Of a stretch of 64,000 nucleotides of DNA, positions 1-12,618 are shown in pieces. The DNA is from Basidiobolus meristosporus CBS 931.73. Its lineage: Eukaryota > Fungi > Basidiobolomycota. Within the stretch, counting starts at the first letter, position 1, and every line of letters starts with the position of its first letter. Location: contig MCFE01000231.1 of the NCBI GenBank assembly GCA_002104905.1, positions 1 through 64,000 of the forward strand. Direction: 5' to 3'. A model generated the notes under the pieces. That model worked only from the letters and a program-made list of their open reading frames with translations, ran no database searches and had not been told where the DNA came from. The translations under genes were made by a program, and so were the position numbers.

Positions 1-387
1 GCTTCAGAGCAAAACTACCAGAACCCGCCAAACTGCTCAAAAAGACACAAGTCCATTGGCATGGGCCAAGTTGTGGCAACAAGCGGCATCACATTGAACT
101 CAGCCAAGCGCCATGCCAGCGCATCAAGTTGCATCTGCATGTGCCGTTACACCTGACCATCAGCAAGTTTCTTCTGGTGAACTGACAGATGATGGCCCAC
201 ATGAAGTGCTTCCACCACCAGAGCCTTTGGAAAAGTAAAAGAACGCGTCAGCATGTAACACTGCAGGCTGGCTCAGTTGCATCATCTGAAGCAATTCAGT
301 GTGGCCAAGCTGCAGCATTGCACTCATCAACTAGGAGGCAAAATACTGATTACAAATACACAAGTAGCCAAGAGGATAGTCAACAAG

Positions 388-755
388 TGTTATAATCAGC
401 CGCTTGAATTTTTAAGTTAGATCAGTTTTTAGTCCAATCAATTAGTATAAGTTTAGGTTATCAGTATATCAGTATTATCTATCAAATTAGTAGTATTAGT
501 GAGCAAAAGAATCAGCAGAACCTTATCAGACAGAAATAGGTATATTAAGTAGGATCCTATTTGGTGATGATGATGCAATCAAATGACTCAACAGCCACAA
601 CCTACATTTGGAGATACAATTAGTCAGCAATTGATCTGGCAAAATGTACATAAGGAGCTGCTGGAACCTCAATAAAAATCAGTTCAAGTTTTAGTGAATA
701 CAATACTAGCTAAACTCCCTATTCCCCTACAACTCTTATACCAAGACCTGTAACA
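388..755 (+). repeat. G1 5' LTR
   Basis: TGTTATAATC...CTGTAACA; direct repeat of 4959-5326. Confidence 0.95.
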
Positions 756-756
756 A

Positions 757-765
757 TGGTAGCAG
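757..765 (+). promoter_or_regulatory. Primer binding site TGGTAGCAG, likely tRNAiMet 3' end
   Basis: Starts 1 nt after the LTR. Complementary to the ...CUGCUACCA 3' end of many eukaryotic initiator tRNAs. The same site is present in the copy at 12962-12970 (-). Confidence 0.75.
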
Positions 766-813
766 CTATAACCAGAAACCTCCCTCCTGAAAAAAGAAGA
801 AACCACCCTCAAG

Positions 814-2109
814 ATGTCGGGCAATCAAGAATGGAAGAATGCCATGCAGCAAACCCTGGCCCAACAGCAACAGTTACTCCAGATCCTCAGCCAACAGCAA
901 CAAGGAATGACTACCATGGCTCAGAGCCAGCAAAGCCCTGTCAAGAGCAACTTTAGTGTGAAGGTCAACTGGTACCATGGCAGAGTCAATGAAAACCTGG
1001 GAACTTTGCTCTTTCAGATTGAAGAAGCTTTTAAAGCTAAAGGAATTGCTCCAGAAAGCAAGTTGCATTATGCAGCTTCTTACCTGGCAGATGCAGCTTT
1101 ACAGTGGTATCACAACAAGATCAGGTCAGCCACTATGATGGGATGCTCTACAATCTCTACCTGGGATGAGTTTGTGTTGGAAATTCAGGATGCTTTTGAA
1201 CCTCCACACCAGCAGACACTACTAAGAAGGAAGTTAAAGACACTCAGACAGAAAGGAATGGTTCAAGAATACATCTATCAGTACAGATGTCTACTTGGAC
1301 AAATTGAAAGAATGGGCCCCCTGGATCAAGTTGAATACTTTCATGGTGGGTTGAAAGAAAGAACTTGCAAGGAAGTGAATTATCAAAGACCTCAGACAAT
1401 TGAAGAAGCCATCAAGATTGCCATTGACTATGACTCAGCTATGTTTGGAGTTGGGAAGTCTACAGTGACCAATCAGAAAGGCCACAATCATTATGAAAGA
1501 AGACAGTCAGAAGCAGTAACAATGGAAATAGACGCTATACAGAAGATTCCTGCCTCAGAAGAGTGTAAGAAGAAAGGACTTTACTTCAATTGCCACCTGC
1601 AAGGACATATTGCAAAGTACTGCCCTCAGAGAAGTAATGGACACCAGCCATCAAGAACCTTTAACCATATTGAGGCCATGGAGCGTAGTAACATGAAGGA
1701 TGAACTTGAAGACAACTCAGAACTCACCTTCCACATGACAGAAGAATACCTATCCCAGACGACCTCAAACTCAGGAAAGCTATTATACTTGAATGGAGTA
1801 ATCAATGGAGTACCTGCCAAGATCATGATTGACTCAGGAGCATTGCATGAGTACATGTCAGAGCAATTTGCTCTGAAAGCTGGAATCAACTTGGAACCTA
1901 CCAAATCCACTTCAGTCTCAACAGCAGATGGAAACTCTCACATAATCAACCGTATTACTCTGCCAGTAAAAAAAAAGATCAATGACTATGAAGAAGAACT
2001 ACAGGCTTATATATTTGGGAGCTGCAAGTTTGACCTTATACTTGGAAAAACCTGGCTATTTTGTTGTTATCCTTCAATCAACTGGAGAACCCATGCTACT
2101 CCAATCTAA
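814..2109 (+). CDS. G1 Gag (capsid, degenerate CCHC knuckle) plus aspartic protease
   Basis: 431-aa ORF with YLADAALQWY capsid motif, YFNCHLQGHIAKYC knuckle and protease motif IMIDSGA. Confidence 0.9.
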   Translation: MSGNQEWKNAMQQTLAQQQQLLQILSQQQQGMTTMAQSQQSPVKSNFSVKVNWYHGRVNENLGTLLFQIEEAFKAKGIAPESKLHYAASYLADAALQWYHNKIRSATMMGCSTISTWDEFVLEIQDAFEPPHQQTLLRRKLKTLRQKGMVQEYIYQYRCLLGQIERMGPLDQVEYFHGGLKERTCKEVNYQRPQTIEEAIKIAIDYDSAMFGVGKSTVTNQKGHNHYERRQSEAVTMEIDAIQKIPASEECKKKGLYFNCHLQGHIAKYCPQRSNGHQPSRTFNHIEAMERSNMKDELEDNSELTFHMTEEYLSQTTSNSGKLLYLNGVINGVPAKIMIDSGALHEYMSEQFALKAGINLEPTKSTSVSTADGNSHIINRITLPVKKKINDYEEELQAYIFGSCKFDLILGKTWLFCCYPSINWRTHATPI

Positions 2110-2235
2110 AAAGACCACAAGACCTATGAGCCATTACCTGCCAGGCTGGATTTCAACTTGGTCAATTCCAGTATGTGAGAGACAAGTGAACTTAGCAAGA
2201 CCCAGTTCTGTAGAGCGCTTAAAAAAGGTACCCAG

Positions 2236-4948
2236 ATGTTCCTCATGGCAATACTACAGGAGGATTCTGCTGCCCCAGCACCCCAGCAGGTCCAGACTCT
2301 CTTGAAGAAATATTCAGACGTGTTTCTGGATGAGCTTGTAAGCTTACCACTAGTCAGAGACGTGGATCATGCCATCAACACAGGAGATAGCCCTCCAGTA
2401 AGCAAGACACCTGACAGAATTAGTCCATTGGAATTGGAGGAAATGAAGAGACAAGTTGATCAGCTATTGGAGCAAGGATATATCAGACCCAGCAAGTCAC
2501 CTTGGGGAGCACCAGTGCTTTTTTTGAAAAAGAAGGATGGAACACTTAGGATGTGCATTGACTACAGAGCCCTGAACTGAGTTAATCTCAAGAATAAGTA
2601 CCACATACCTTGGATTGAGGAGCTTCTGGACTAACTTAATGGAGCCACTATTTTCAGCAAGATTGACCTCATGCCAGGATACAACCAGATTAGGGTGAAG
2701 CCAGAAGGCATCCCTAAGACAGCATTCAGGGCCAGATATGGACATTACAAGTACTTAGTTGTGAGTTTTGGCCTCACCAATGCCCCTGCAATTTTCATGA
2801 CCCTGATGCAGAATGTCTTCCAGGAGTACTTAGACAAGTTTGTCACAATCTACCTAGATGATATACTGATATACAGCAAGACAGAAGAGGATCACTTGGT
2901 GCACATTGAAAAGGTCTTGAAGAAGCTAAGAGAGAACAAGCTTTATGGCAAGCTACCCAAGTGCGAATTCTTCAAGGAACACGTTGAATATCTGGGACAC
3001 ATAGTGACTAGCACAGGAGTAACCTTAGACCCCAAGAAGGTCAAAGTAATCAAGAATCTGAAGCAGCCCCATAGCATATCAGAGCTCAGATCATTCCTTG
3101 GAATGGTTTCCTATTATTGGAGATTTGTCAAGTTGTTTGCAAGTATTGCAGCCCCTTTAACTGATATCCTCAAGAAAGACAAAAACCTACAAGTGGGACA
3201 TAGCTTGTGAGACTGACTTCCAGATGCTCAAGAATGAACTTGCTAAGCTGCCAAGCTTAAGAATACCAGACTTCAGAAAAGAGCTCACTCTTTGCACAGA
3301 TGCTTCAGATTATGCAATTGGTGGAGTGCTGAGCCAAGAACACAAGGGAAAGGACTACCCTGTTGCCTTTGAATCCAAGAAACTAAACTCAGCAGAACAA
3401 AACTATCCAGTCTATGAGAAGGAGATGCTTGCAATAATACACTGTTTGAAGACATGGAGATGCTATATTGAAGGAGTCAAATGCAATGTGAAGACTGATC
3501 ATGCCTCCCTCAAGTATATATCTACTCAGAAGGTACTCTCTAGAAGAATGACAAGATGGAGTGAATACATTCAGCAATTTGACCCAGAGATTGTCTATTG
3601 CCCAGGAAAAAACAACACAGTTGCAGATGCCTTATCAAGATTAGATGAAGTTGTACAACTCAACTTGGTGCATGAATCAGATTGGCCTAGCCTATTACCA
3701 AAGTACTTGGAGGACCAAGCCATTCCTAATGAGGTGGATGAAGATATCAAGAAGATAATCCGTGATGAAGCCGGCAAATTTGTAGTACAGGATGAAACAC
3801 TCTACCAAATTGTTGATGAAAGCCCTATTGCCTATTGCCCTTATGTTTCTTGCCTGGATTTAATACATAAGCTACACAATGGATATGGACATCTTGGAAT
3901 TGAAGGAACCTATAGTCTTGTGAACGCCAGAGCATGGTGGCCCAGAATGAAACAAGACATTGAGAAGCTAGTGAAAACATGCCCAAATTGCCAAATCAAC
4001 CAAAGCCAATCACAGAGAATTGCCAAACTCTTTCCCTTGGAGCCTGTAAGACCACTTGAAAGGTGGGGAATTGACTTTATTGGAAGAACGCCAACAACCA
4101 GGAAATGCAACCATTGGATCCTAGTAGTAATTGACCATGCCACTAAATGGCCAGTTGCTAAAGCTGTACCAATAGCCAGCGAACAAGAAGTTGCAAGTTT
4201 CATTTACCATGGGATCCTGATGAAGTTTGGATGCCCTGTGGAGATCTTATCTGATAGAGGAGCAAACTTTATGGCAAAGACATTAGAGGCTTACCTGGAA
4301 ATGCAACAGATCAGACACCTGAAAACCTCAGCATATCATTCTAGAACTTATGGAGTCACTGAGCGGTTTAATGGATTATTTGGAAAGATTCTGACAAAGT
4401 ATGCAAATGGAGTTGTCTGTAGATGGGATGAGTACATAGACCAAGCACTCCTTGCATGCAGAGCCAGAGTACACAACACCACCCAGCAATCACCATTTTA
4501 CTTAGTGTATGGATGTGAACCAAGGATTCCAGGTGATCTCACACAACCAAAGCTTACAGACACCTTAGAAGATGAACTCAGTCAGCCAAGTAGACACCAG
4601 CAACTGGAATAAAGACGTCAAGAGGCACAGACCAAAGTATCTCAAAGTGCAGAAAAGATGAAGCAGAGATTTGATAAGACTATAGCACCAGAAGCATTGA
4701 CAGTTGGGAACTTTGTATTGCTAAGAAACAACACTTGGAAGAAGTTTGAGCCACAATGGACAGGACCATACAAGATCATCAGAGAATGTCCATTTGCAAC
4801 TTACCAACTGGTTGACTAACAAGGCAATATCCGGGAAGACTTAGTGCATAGGGACAGACTCAAGCTTGCAAGACTTGCAGATAATACTGAACCATCAAGA
4901 TATTGGTATCACAAGAAAAGAGATTCAGGAGAACCCTCTCAACTTTAG
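2236..4948 (+). pseudogene. G1 pol (RT, RNase H, integrase) broken by stops and frameshifts
   Basis: [44 protein letters not shown] region (HNGYGHLG..CPNC), WGIDFIG, LSDRG. No chromodomain seen. Confidence 0.95.
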
Positions 4949-4958
4949 TAGGGGAGAA

Positions 4959-5326
4959 TGTTATGATCTGCAACTTGAATGTTTAAGTTTGATCAGTTTT
5001 TAGTCGAATCAATTAGTATATGTTTAGGTTATCAGTATAACAGTGTTATCTATCAAATCAATAGTATTAGTCAGCAAAAGAATCAGCAGATCCTTATCAG
5101 ACAGAAATAGGTATATTAAGTAGGATCTTATTTGGTGATGATGATGCAATCAAATGACTCAACAGCCACAACCTACATATGGAGATACAATTAGTCAGCA
5201 ATTGATCTGGCAAAATGTATATAAGGAGCTGCTGGAACCTCAATAAAAATCAGTTCAAGTTTTAGTGAATACAATACTAGCTAAACTCCCTATTCCCCTA
5301 CAACTCTTATACCAAGACTTGTAGCA
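4959..5326 (+). repeat. G1 3' LTR, preceded by PPT AGGGGAGAA (4950-4958)
   Basis: Direct repeat of 388-755; ends GTAGCA. Confidence 0.95.
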
Positions 5327-6298
5327 CAAGAAAGTAGTTTAGGTGTGCAAAGTGAATCACTACCAAATGCTTCAGTAGTAATCCCTGTGAGAAAAAAGCC
5401 TAGGAGAAGATGATGCAAATGCATTGAATTGCTATTATTTGTAATGATCCAAACAACTCATTTTTTTTTGCAATCCGCATCAAGCCATTGCAAATCAGTG
5501 ATCACTAAATTTTTGATATAAGTAATATCAAGGTTGTCTTGCATTTGAGACAGAACCCCTATAATTAAATATCCTGCATATGTATACATCATCTGTGGCA
5601 CCAGTGCAGCCATTTGATCTGATTTGCACCCATACAATTGGTCACATACTAGCTATGACACCTTGTCCAATCACTAGGATCAGGGATTTACTTGCTCAAT
5701 GGGCAAAATGGGATATTTGATAGCAAATCAGGTAGCTTATGTATTGGTCAAAGAGCCAATTGGGGGCTGAAAGCTTCAGGATACTTTGGACCAATTGACC
5801 ACTGAAATGCCATCCAATTGGAGTAGTGGTAGCCAAAATGGTAAGTATCAGTGTAGTTTATAGTGTGATACGCATTTATTTCCATTTATATTAAAAGAAC
5901 ATATCCAAATACCGGATTTTACCTATCATAATAGCGGTATCCAATTGCGCATGTGATGCAAACATTACAAGTGGGCGCAATCATTTGTGCCAACCTCATT
6001 GTGTCAGATTGTGCCATAATGTGCAAGATTGTCCCACATGGTGCAAAATTGTCCAAGAGCAATCCAGCCTATTGGTAGCTACAAAATCTCACCCAATTGT
6101 TCTTAGAGACTGCAGATTGTGCCACACGCCCTGGCATGGTATGATGGAACAAGTCTATTATACTCTCCACAGTTTATACAGAGACTATATATACTTACTA
6201 TGGTTAGGATCTCCAGTAGCACTTTTCTTCATGGCAGTAGAAGTTCCATGTTCAGATATTGATAGATATGTCTCCTCCCACTGTTTCTGATGCTTAAT

Positions 6299-6550
6299 AG
6301 ACTTGTTCCATTAGATAGTGCCACATTGAACCATGAGTGCCAAATGATGCCATACTGTGCCAGAGAGGCCAAGTGAAGCTGTACTTGGCCACAGTGTGTG
6401 AAACATAGCTCTGCATCTTCATGCAAAGTAGCCCCCGTGTTTCACCTATGATGCAGGAGAAAATTCATCATTTGAGGTTTTTTTGGGGATCAGTGTTATG
6501 CAGGATGTGCAAAAGCACAGAAGAACTGAAGACATACATCAGGTACTCAA
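6299..6550. mobile_element. Partial foldback MITE (one arm) of the PHIS family, cut by the G2 insertion
   Basis: Starts AGACTTGTTCC after AAT. Colinear with 8751-9003 up to ...GGTACTCAA, where TGTGAGG begins. Confidence 0.88.
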
Positions 6551-6918
6551 TGTGAGGACTAAATGCAGTACCCACTCTTTGCCCAAGAGTTCTCCCTAGA
6601 TTTCTACCCAAAGTCCCCCAGTATCCTCCCTATGATTCCCCCACATGCCCTCCCTCCTATCCCTACCCTTATCTAGTTAGAACACTTACCATAACAGGAA
6701 GGTGTTCACACCCCTATTTTATAACACATTGAATATTATCTAAGCCCCCCCAAGTGATATATATATGTACCCAATTGAACCAAGACAAGGGGATTGGATG
6801 AAATAAACACAAGTCTTTATTACCTGCTACCTACTATTGGAAGCTACTCTGAACCAAGTGGTACTGACTTGACCTACAAGCTCTCCCACTCACCAAGTAC
6901 AGTCAGTAATAACCCACA
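6551..6918 (+). repeat. Putative G2 5' LTR
   Basis: TG start exactly where MITE homology stops. CA end is followed by TATT and a PBS-like TGGTGCTG. No second copy in the window to confirm it. Confidence 0.5.
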
Positions 6919-8750
6919 TATTTGGTGCTGTCTCTGCGGAAATAAGCATAAGTGAGGTAATGACTACTGCAATCAAACTAAAAACGTGCAAGGGAAAGAG
7001 AGGAAAGCCCTTGAGTGGTTTGAAAGGTTTGCGAGAGTTGTGGTTGATGCAGGATGGGATAACAATAAGAAAGTAAGGGAGTTTGCAAGACATATGGAAG
7101 GGTCAGCATGGCAATGGCATTATGGGTTGGAAGACATAGTTAAAGACAACTGGGATGCACTAGAAGAAGCCTACAAGACATGCTTTCTATATGCCAAAGG
7201 ATACCACTACAAAGCCCTTCTACTGTCCTCACAGAAGAAAAGCAGTGAGAGCTATGAAGCCTACACTGAACTGTTTCTCCAACAAGTTCAATGTTTCCCG
7301 AAGGACAAAATTGCCAAACAACAGCTCATGAGGTATTACATAATGGGCTTAGATGAGAAAATAAGATGTAGGGCATCCAAAGAACAACAGGGATGTAAAA
7401 CACTGCAAGAGCTGGTCAAACAAGTGCAAGGGACATCATGCTATGGGGGCTACTCTATAGTGACACAAATGATCAAAGGACAGGGATCCCCCATCAGAAA
7501 GGAGAAATTGCCTTCCCAAAAGACCATGAGTTAGAAGAATTACGGCAAAAGGTCCAAGAACTCTTGATCAACAACGTCCAAGAAGTCCCCAAAGAAAGTG
7601 ATAAACTCTGGGAAGCTGTCATAGATATAAAGACCCAGGTACAATCCCTGACCTAACAGATGGAACAACCGCAACAACAGTATCTGTGTTATGTGTGTGG
7701 AGAAGTAGGTCACCAGGCCCACAAATGTGAAAAACGGTACAGACAAGAAGACGTACTGGACACAAAAGAAAAGAAGGCATCAAAAGACAGAGTTCTTTGC
7801 CAGGAGGCCAACAGGACGCAGTCAATCTAAGCCCTCCAGTCAGGACAGTCAAAGTACAGAAGAAAAGCGTCAACATGATGCTTTTAGAGAGGAGGCAAAG
7901 GAACCTGTAGTAGAGGTTCTGTCAAAAGGAAAGAACGTGGGATTAGGTGAAGAAGTACGGAATGAGCCTTGGGAAGAAGTGTTAAAACAAATGAAGAACG
8001 CTAGCATGTCTTCCCATGGCCTATTCCCCATAATGAAGGTACTAGAGCAAACCAAGGCAACCCTCCCAATAACCAATTTACTGGGACTCACCCTGGCTCT
8101 AGTCAAGCAACTGACAGAGGGATTGGAGGAGATAACAACCCTTCATGTCAACCAGACAGTCCTGCACAAACCAGATAAAGGTACATACGTAAAGGTACGT
8201 ATAGAGAATAAGGAGATTCTTGCCCTTATCAACACAGCATCCTCTATGTTGATCATGTCAGAGCCATTAGCAAAATGTCTGAAATTAGACATAGTCCCCA
8301 ACAACACCATTTGAGTACAGCTAGCAAATGACCAACTGGACACAACAGTAGGCATGGTGCCTAATTGCCCCATCCGGCTAGGCAACTTGATAATACACCA
8401 AGATGTTGTGGTTCTACCAGTTGCTGCCAACAACTTACTCATTGGCAAGAGTTGGTTTATCCAACATAAGATGGATATACTTTACAGTGCATCTGAACTC
8501 AGGTGGGATACCAAGAGTATCCCTCTGATTCATATCACCAATGAGAGCAAGGCACGTAGCAACAGTGTGACAATCAAAGAGGTGAAACCGTTGCAGTCTC
8601 TGATCATCACACAAAAGGTGATAAAAATACCACCCGCCAGTGAGACGATGATCTCATTAGAGACACCAATAGCTTATTTGACAAGCAGAAGAATGATAAC
8701 CACAGCAAAGGCATCCAAGCAACTGGAAGGAATCTTGATCCCTAAGGTAT

Positions 8751-9486
8751 AGACTTGTTCCATTGGATAGTGCCACATTGAGCTATGAGTGCCAAGTGAT
8801 GCTATAGTGTGCCAGGGAGGCCAAATGAACTTGTACTTGGCCACAGAGTGTGAAACATAGGTATGCATCTTCATGCAAAGCAGCTCCTGTGTTTCACCTA
8901 TAATGCAGGAGAAAATCCATTTTTTGACCTTTTGTTTTTAGGTCAATGCTGTGCAGGATGTGTAAGAGCACAGAAGAACTGAAGACATGCATCAGGTACT
9001 CAATACCCATGGCACTCTGAATCTAACTTCTGTGGCTTGTGACATGTCACCAAAATGCATGGCACTCTCTTGGTCCACTGGTACAATCTGGCACTATATT
9101 TAATTATTAGCCCTAAAGTAAGATCTATACAAAGCACTCATAGTGCCAGATAGTACCAGTGGACCAAGAGAGTGCCATGCATTTTGGTGACATGTCACAA
9201 GCCACAGAAGTTAGATTCAGAGTGCCATGGGTATTGAGTACCTGATGCATGTCTTCAGTTCTTCTGTGCTCTTACACATCCTGCACAGCATTGACCTAAA
9301 AACAAAAGGTCAAAAAATGGATTTTCTCCTGCATTATAGGTGAAACACAGGAGCTGCTTTGCATGAAGATGCATACCTATGTTTCACACTCTGTGGCCAA
9401 GTACAAGTTCATTTGGCCTCCCTGGCATACTATAGCATCACTTGGCACTCATGGCTCAATGTGGCACTATCCAACAGAACAAGTCT
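8751..9486. mobile_element. Complete foldback MITE (736 bp; 347-bp arms, 42-bp spacer)
   Basis: Arms 8751-9097 and 9140-9486 are reverse complements with about 5 mismatches. TSD TAT. Removing it restores the G2 frame PKV|WIPPK. TIR AGACTTGTTC is shared with the PHIS element. Confidence 0.96.
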
Positions 9487-12400
9487 TATGGATACCACCA
9501 AAATTTGAAATGCAAAGTCTGAAGTGCTTAGTGGTCAACAACGGGTAACACACAGTGACATTGCCTAGAGGAGTACCATTGTTATACCTAGAGGAAGTCA
9601 ACGGAAACAACCAAGGACCACCTACAAACAAGGAACCAGAAGGAGAAGTCCCCAAACTAGATGTGGACCCCGGTCTACCGCCTGCATTACAAGACAAGTT
9701 CCTAGAAGGAATACACCCGCTTGCCCAAGTATTCTCTAAGAACCAAGTAATTGGTCATATACCTGGGGTATATCACCAAATCCACCTCACCAATAAATAC
9801 CCCATCAAGCAAAAAGCCTATAGGAACTGAAAAATTGACATGGACTACATCAAAGAGATGATTGAAACTTTATCAAAAGACGGCATCATTACAGAGAGCC
9901 AGTCTCCATGGGCCTCCCCCGTAGTGATAGTCCCAAAGAAAGATGGAAAGCAATGCTTTTGCATCAACTACCAAAAAATTGAACACTGTCACCTGGAAGG
10001 ACGTGTATCCACTACAGCAAATAGACAACCTGTTGGACAGATTAATTGGAGCTAAATATTTTAGCTCTCTTGACTTAATATCCAGGTATTGGCCAGTAAA
10101 AGTAGCCCCAGAAGATTGACCCAAAACCACTTTTACAACATTGTTTGGACTATACAAATGGAACCGACTACCCTTTGGCTTGTGCAATGCCCCCACTACT
10201 TTCCAAAGGATGATTGACAAGGTGCTAGGAAATCTACAATGGGAATGCACTCTCATGTATCTGGACAACATCACAATATATTCCCCTGATGTAGAAGAAC
10301 ATATACACAATGTGCAATGCATTCTGACAGCCCTCCTCAAGAACCAACTCAAACTACATCCCAAGAAGTGCCATTTCATGTATACAAAATTGTTGTTCCT
10401 GGGCCACAAGATCTTGGCAGATGGAATATACCCATCTACTTCACTCCTGAAAGCTGTTCAAGATACACATGCACCAAAGGATATTAATGCAGTGTTGGGA
10501 CTCCTAGGATTAGCCGGCTACTATTGCCGCTTTGTCAAAAACTTTGCGACAATAGCAGCTCCCCTATACAAATTGACGCAAAAAGGCCAGTGTTTTGTAT
10601 GGTCAGAGCCTCAAAAGAGAGCATTTGATCAGCTGAAACATTCACTGGCGTCACCGTCAGTGTTACATTTTCCCAATTGGGATGCAGGATTTCTTATTAA
10701 CTGTGATGGAAGTCTTGCCAGTATAGGTGCCATACTGGGACAATACCACCAACCCAGCAAATTCCACCCAATTGGTTACATGAGCCATTTGTTAAACAAA
10801 CACAAACGTCACTACCCTGTTACCAAGATAGAATGTCTGGCTGTTGTTTATTCAATTAAACAATTCCACACATACATACATGGTTGCCAATTCACAATAG
10901 TAACAGACCACAGTGCACGGGTCTGGTTGATGAAAACTAAAGACTTTGCTGGTCAACTAGCATGTTGGGCCCTCCAACTACAAGAATACAACCTTGAAAT
11001 AATTCATTGAGCCTGCAAGAAACACCAAGACGCAGACTTCCTCAGTTGCTATCCTGTTTGCCAAGTACGTGTCAGCAATGACTACAAAGATGTAATCTGC
11101 TTTAAAAAAGAGGGAAGTATCCCAAACATGTTGTTACAAACAAGCAGAAGAGAGACTTTTGAAAGAAATGGTGTCAGTACAAAGTACAAGAAAACTAATT
11201 ATGGTTCCTTCAAGGACAGTTCAGAGTTGAGGTACCCCCAATAACTGCCCGCAAAGAAAGCATACAAGAAAGACATATGTCATTAGGACACGCTAACCCT
11301 CTAACAACATACAAGATGTTAAGAAAGATGTTTTATTGGAAAAAAATGACAACCAACATTGTGAATACACTACAAAGATGCTCCACCTGCAAAAGATTTA
11401 ACCAAAGTCAAAAGATAGGGACAACCGCACCAATACCGCTTGACCTACCCTTCTATTGGGTAGGGATTGACTTTGTTGGGCCCTTTATGAACACAAAGAA
11501 AGGAGAACAATACATAATAATTGCTACCAATTATTTCTCAAAGTGGAGAGAAGCCCAAGCCGTCCAAAATAAAGACTAGAAGACAACCGCCCAATTCATT
11601 CTAGAACACCTCATCTGCCGGCACAGATATCCTCAGATACTCCTGTCCGGCAATGGTGGCTCCTTCCTGAACAACATTGTGGCCCACTTGTGCAAAATGA
11701 TGGGCGTGAAACAGGTCTTCACGGCCGCGTATCACCCCCAGACCAACAGATTAACCAAGAGGATGAACCAGATGTGTTGCCGCATATTGGAGAAGCTCCA
11801 CTGGGAACTACCCCAATCATGGGCCAAGCTACTCCCACTAACACTCCTAGCAATGCGTACAATACCAAATAAAACAACAGGTTTCTCCCCGTACAAAGTT
11901 CTGTACGGACAAAGGCCCAAGTGGTGTGAAGAAGCTGGATTGATGATGGAAGGTGTCCTCTTGACAGCACATAACAACTATGTAGAAAGGTTGATACACC
12001 GTATTGCCCACCTATACATAAAAGTATTTGAAAATGTCAACAAGCACCTTCCCCCTCCACCCAAAAATGAGAAACTAATAGGACAAAAGTGGAAACCAGG
12101 AGATAAAGTGTGATACAATCAAACTGTTGCAGGCCTCAAGTTTTGCCCACAATTTACGCCCTGATGGATTGGCCCTTGCACCGTCATTAGCTCAGACCAC
12201 GGGCCAAAGTACACCATTACCCTGAACAACAAGACAATCAGCATTGTAGCACCAGCCCATCTGAAACCGTTTCATGATGATCTACCAATCATCATTGAAA
12301 CCAAAGTGTGATTAAACAATTATCAGGACAAGGATAGAGGAAGACACAGGATACATACAAAGTTCATTAGAGGAGATTTTAGTCAATATAGGCACAAATG

Positions 12401-12618
12401 ATATGCACAAGGAAGTTTGCCCAAAGGGGAGAACAAAAGAATGCATATGGAAAACACCAAGAAAACAGTTCACCCAAAACTGGCAACACCCCTCCCACCA
12501 GCAAGAACCAAGATGATATTGACAATGAAGTCAACCTGCAAGTGTTGAGAGATATGGTACAAGCGTTACATGCAACAAGAGCCACCTATGAAGAGTTGTT
12601 TGCCGGAGCAGTCCTGTA

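Larger units (their letters stand above)
388..5326 (+). mobile_element. Full-length Ty3/gypsy LTR retrotransposon (family G1), decayed
   Basis: Two 368-bp LTRs with TG..CA ends. 4-bp TSD CAAG (384-387 / 5327-5330), confirmed against the empty site in copy B near 25965. PBS, PPT and gag-PR-RT-RH-IN order are present. Confidence 0.97.
1..6156 (+). mobile_element. PHIS/Harbinger-type DNA transposon, copy A (right part: ORF2 3' half and right TIR), split by the gypsy insertion at 388-5326
   Basis: 1-387 and 5331-6156 are colinear with 24506-24628 and 25713-26799 of copy B. It ends in ...GGAACAAGTCT (6146-6156) followed by ATT, like copy B. The left part lies outside the window. Confidence 0.9.
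6551..12618 (+). mobile_element. Ty3/gypsy element family G2, degenerate, 3' LTR missing
   Basis: Gag-like ORF 6986-7534, CCHC knuckle ICYVCGEVGHQAHKC (~7680-7730), decayed protease (LINTAS), RT (SPWASPVVIVPKKDG; YLDN), RNase H, integrase (WVGIDFVGPF) and a GPY/F-like tail. It ends abruptly against an inverted G1 fragment. Confidence 0.92.

Noticed and set aside
4612-4958. Chromodomain at the G1 integrase C-terminus
   Set aside because: Only a GPY/F-type tail is present before the PPT; no aromatic-cage pattern or room for one.
6157-6298. 140-bp unique spacer between PHIS copy A and the MITE
   Set aside because: No recognisable motif, repeat partner or convincing frame.
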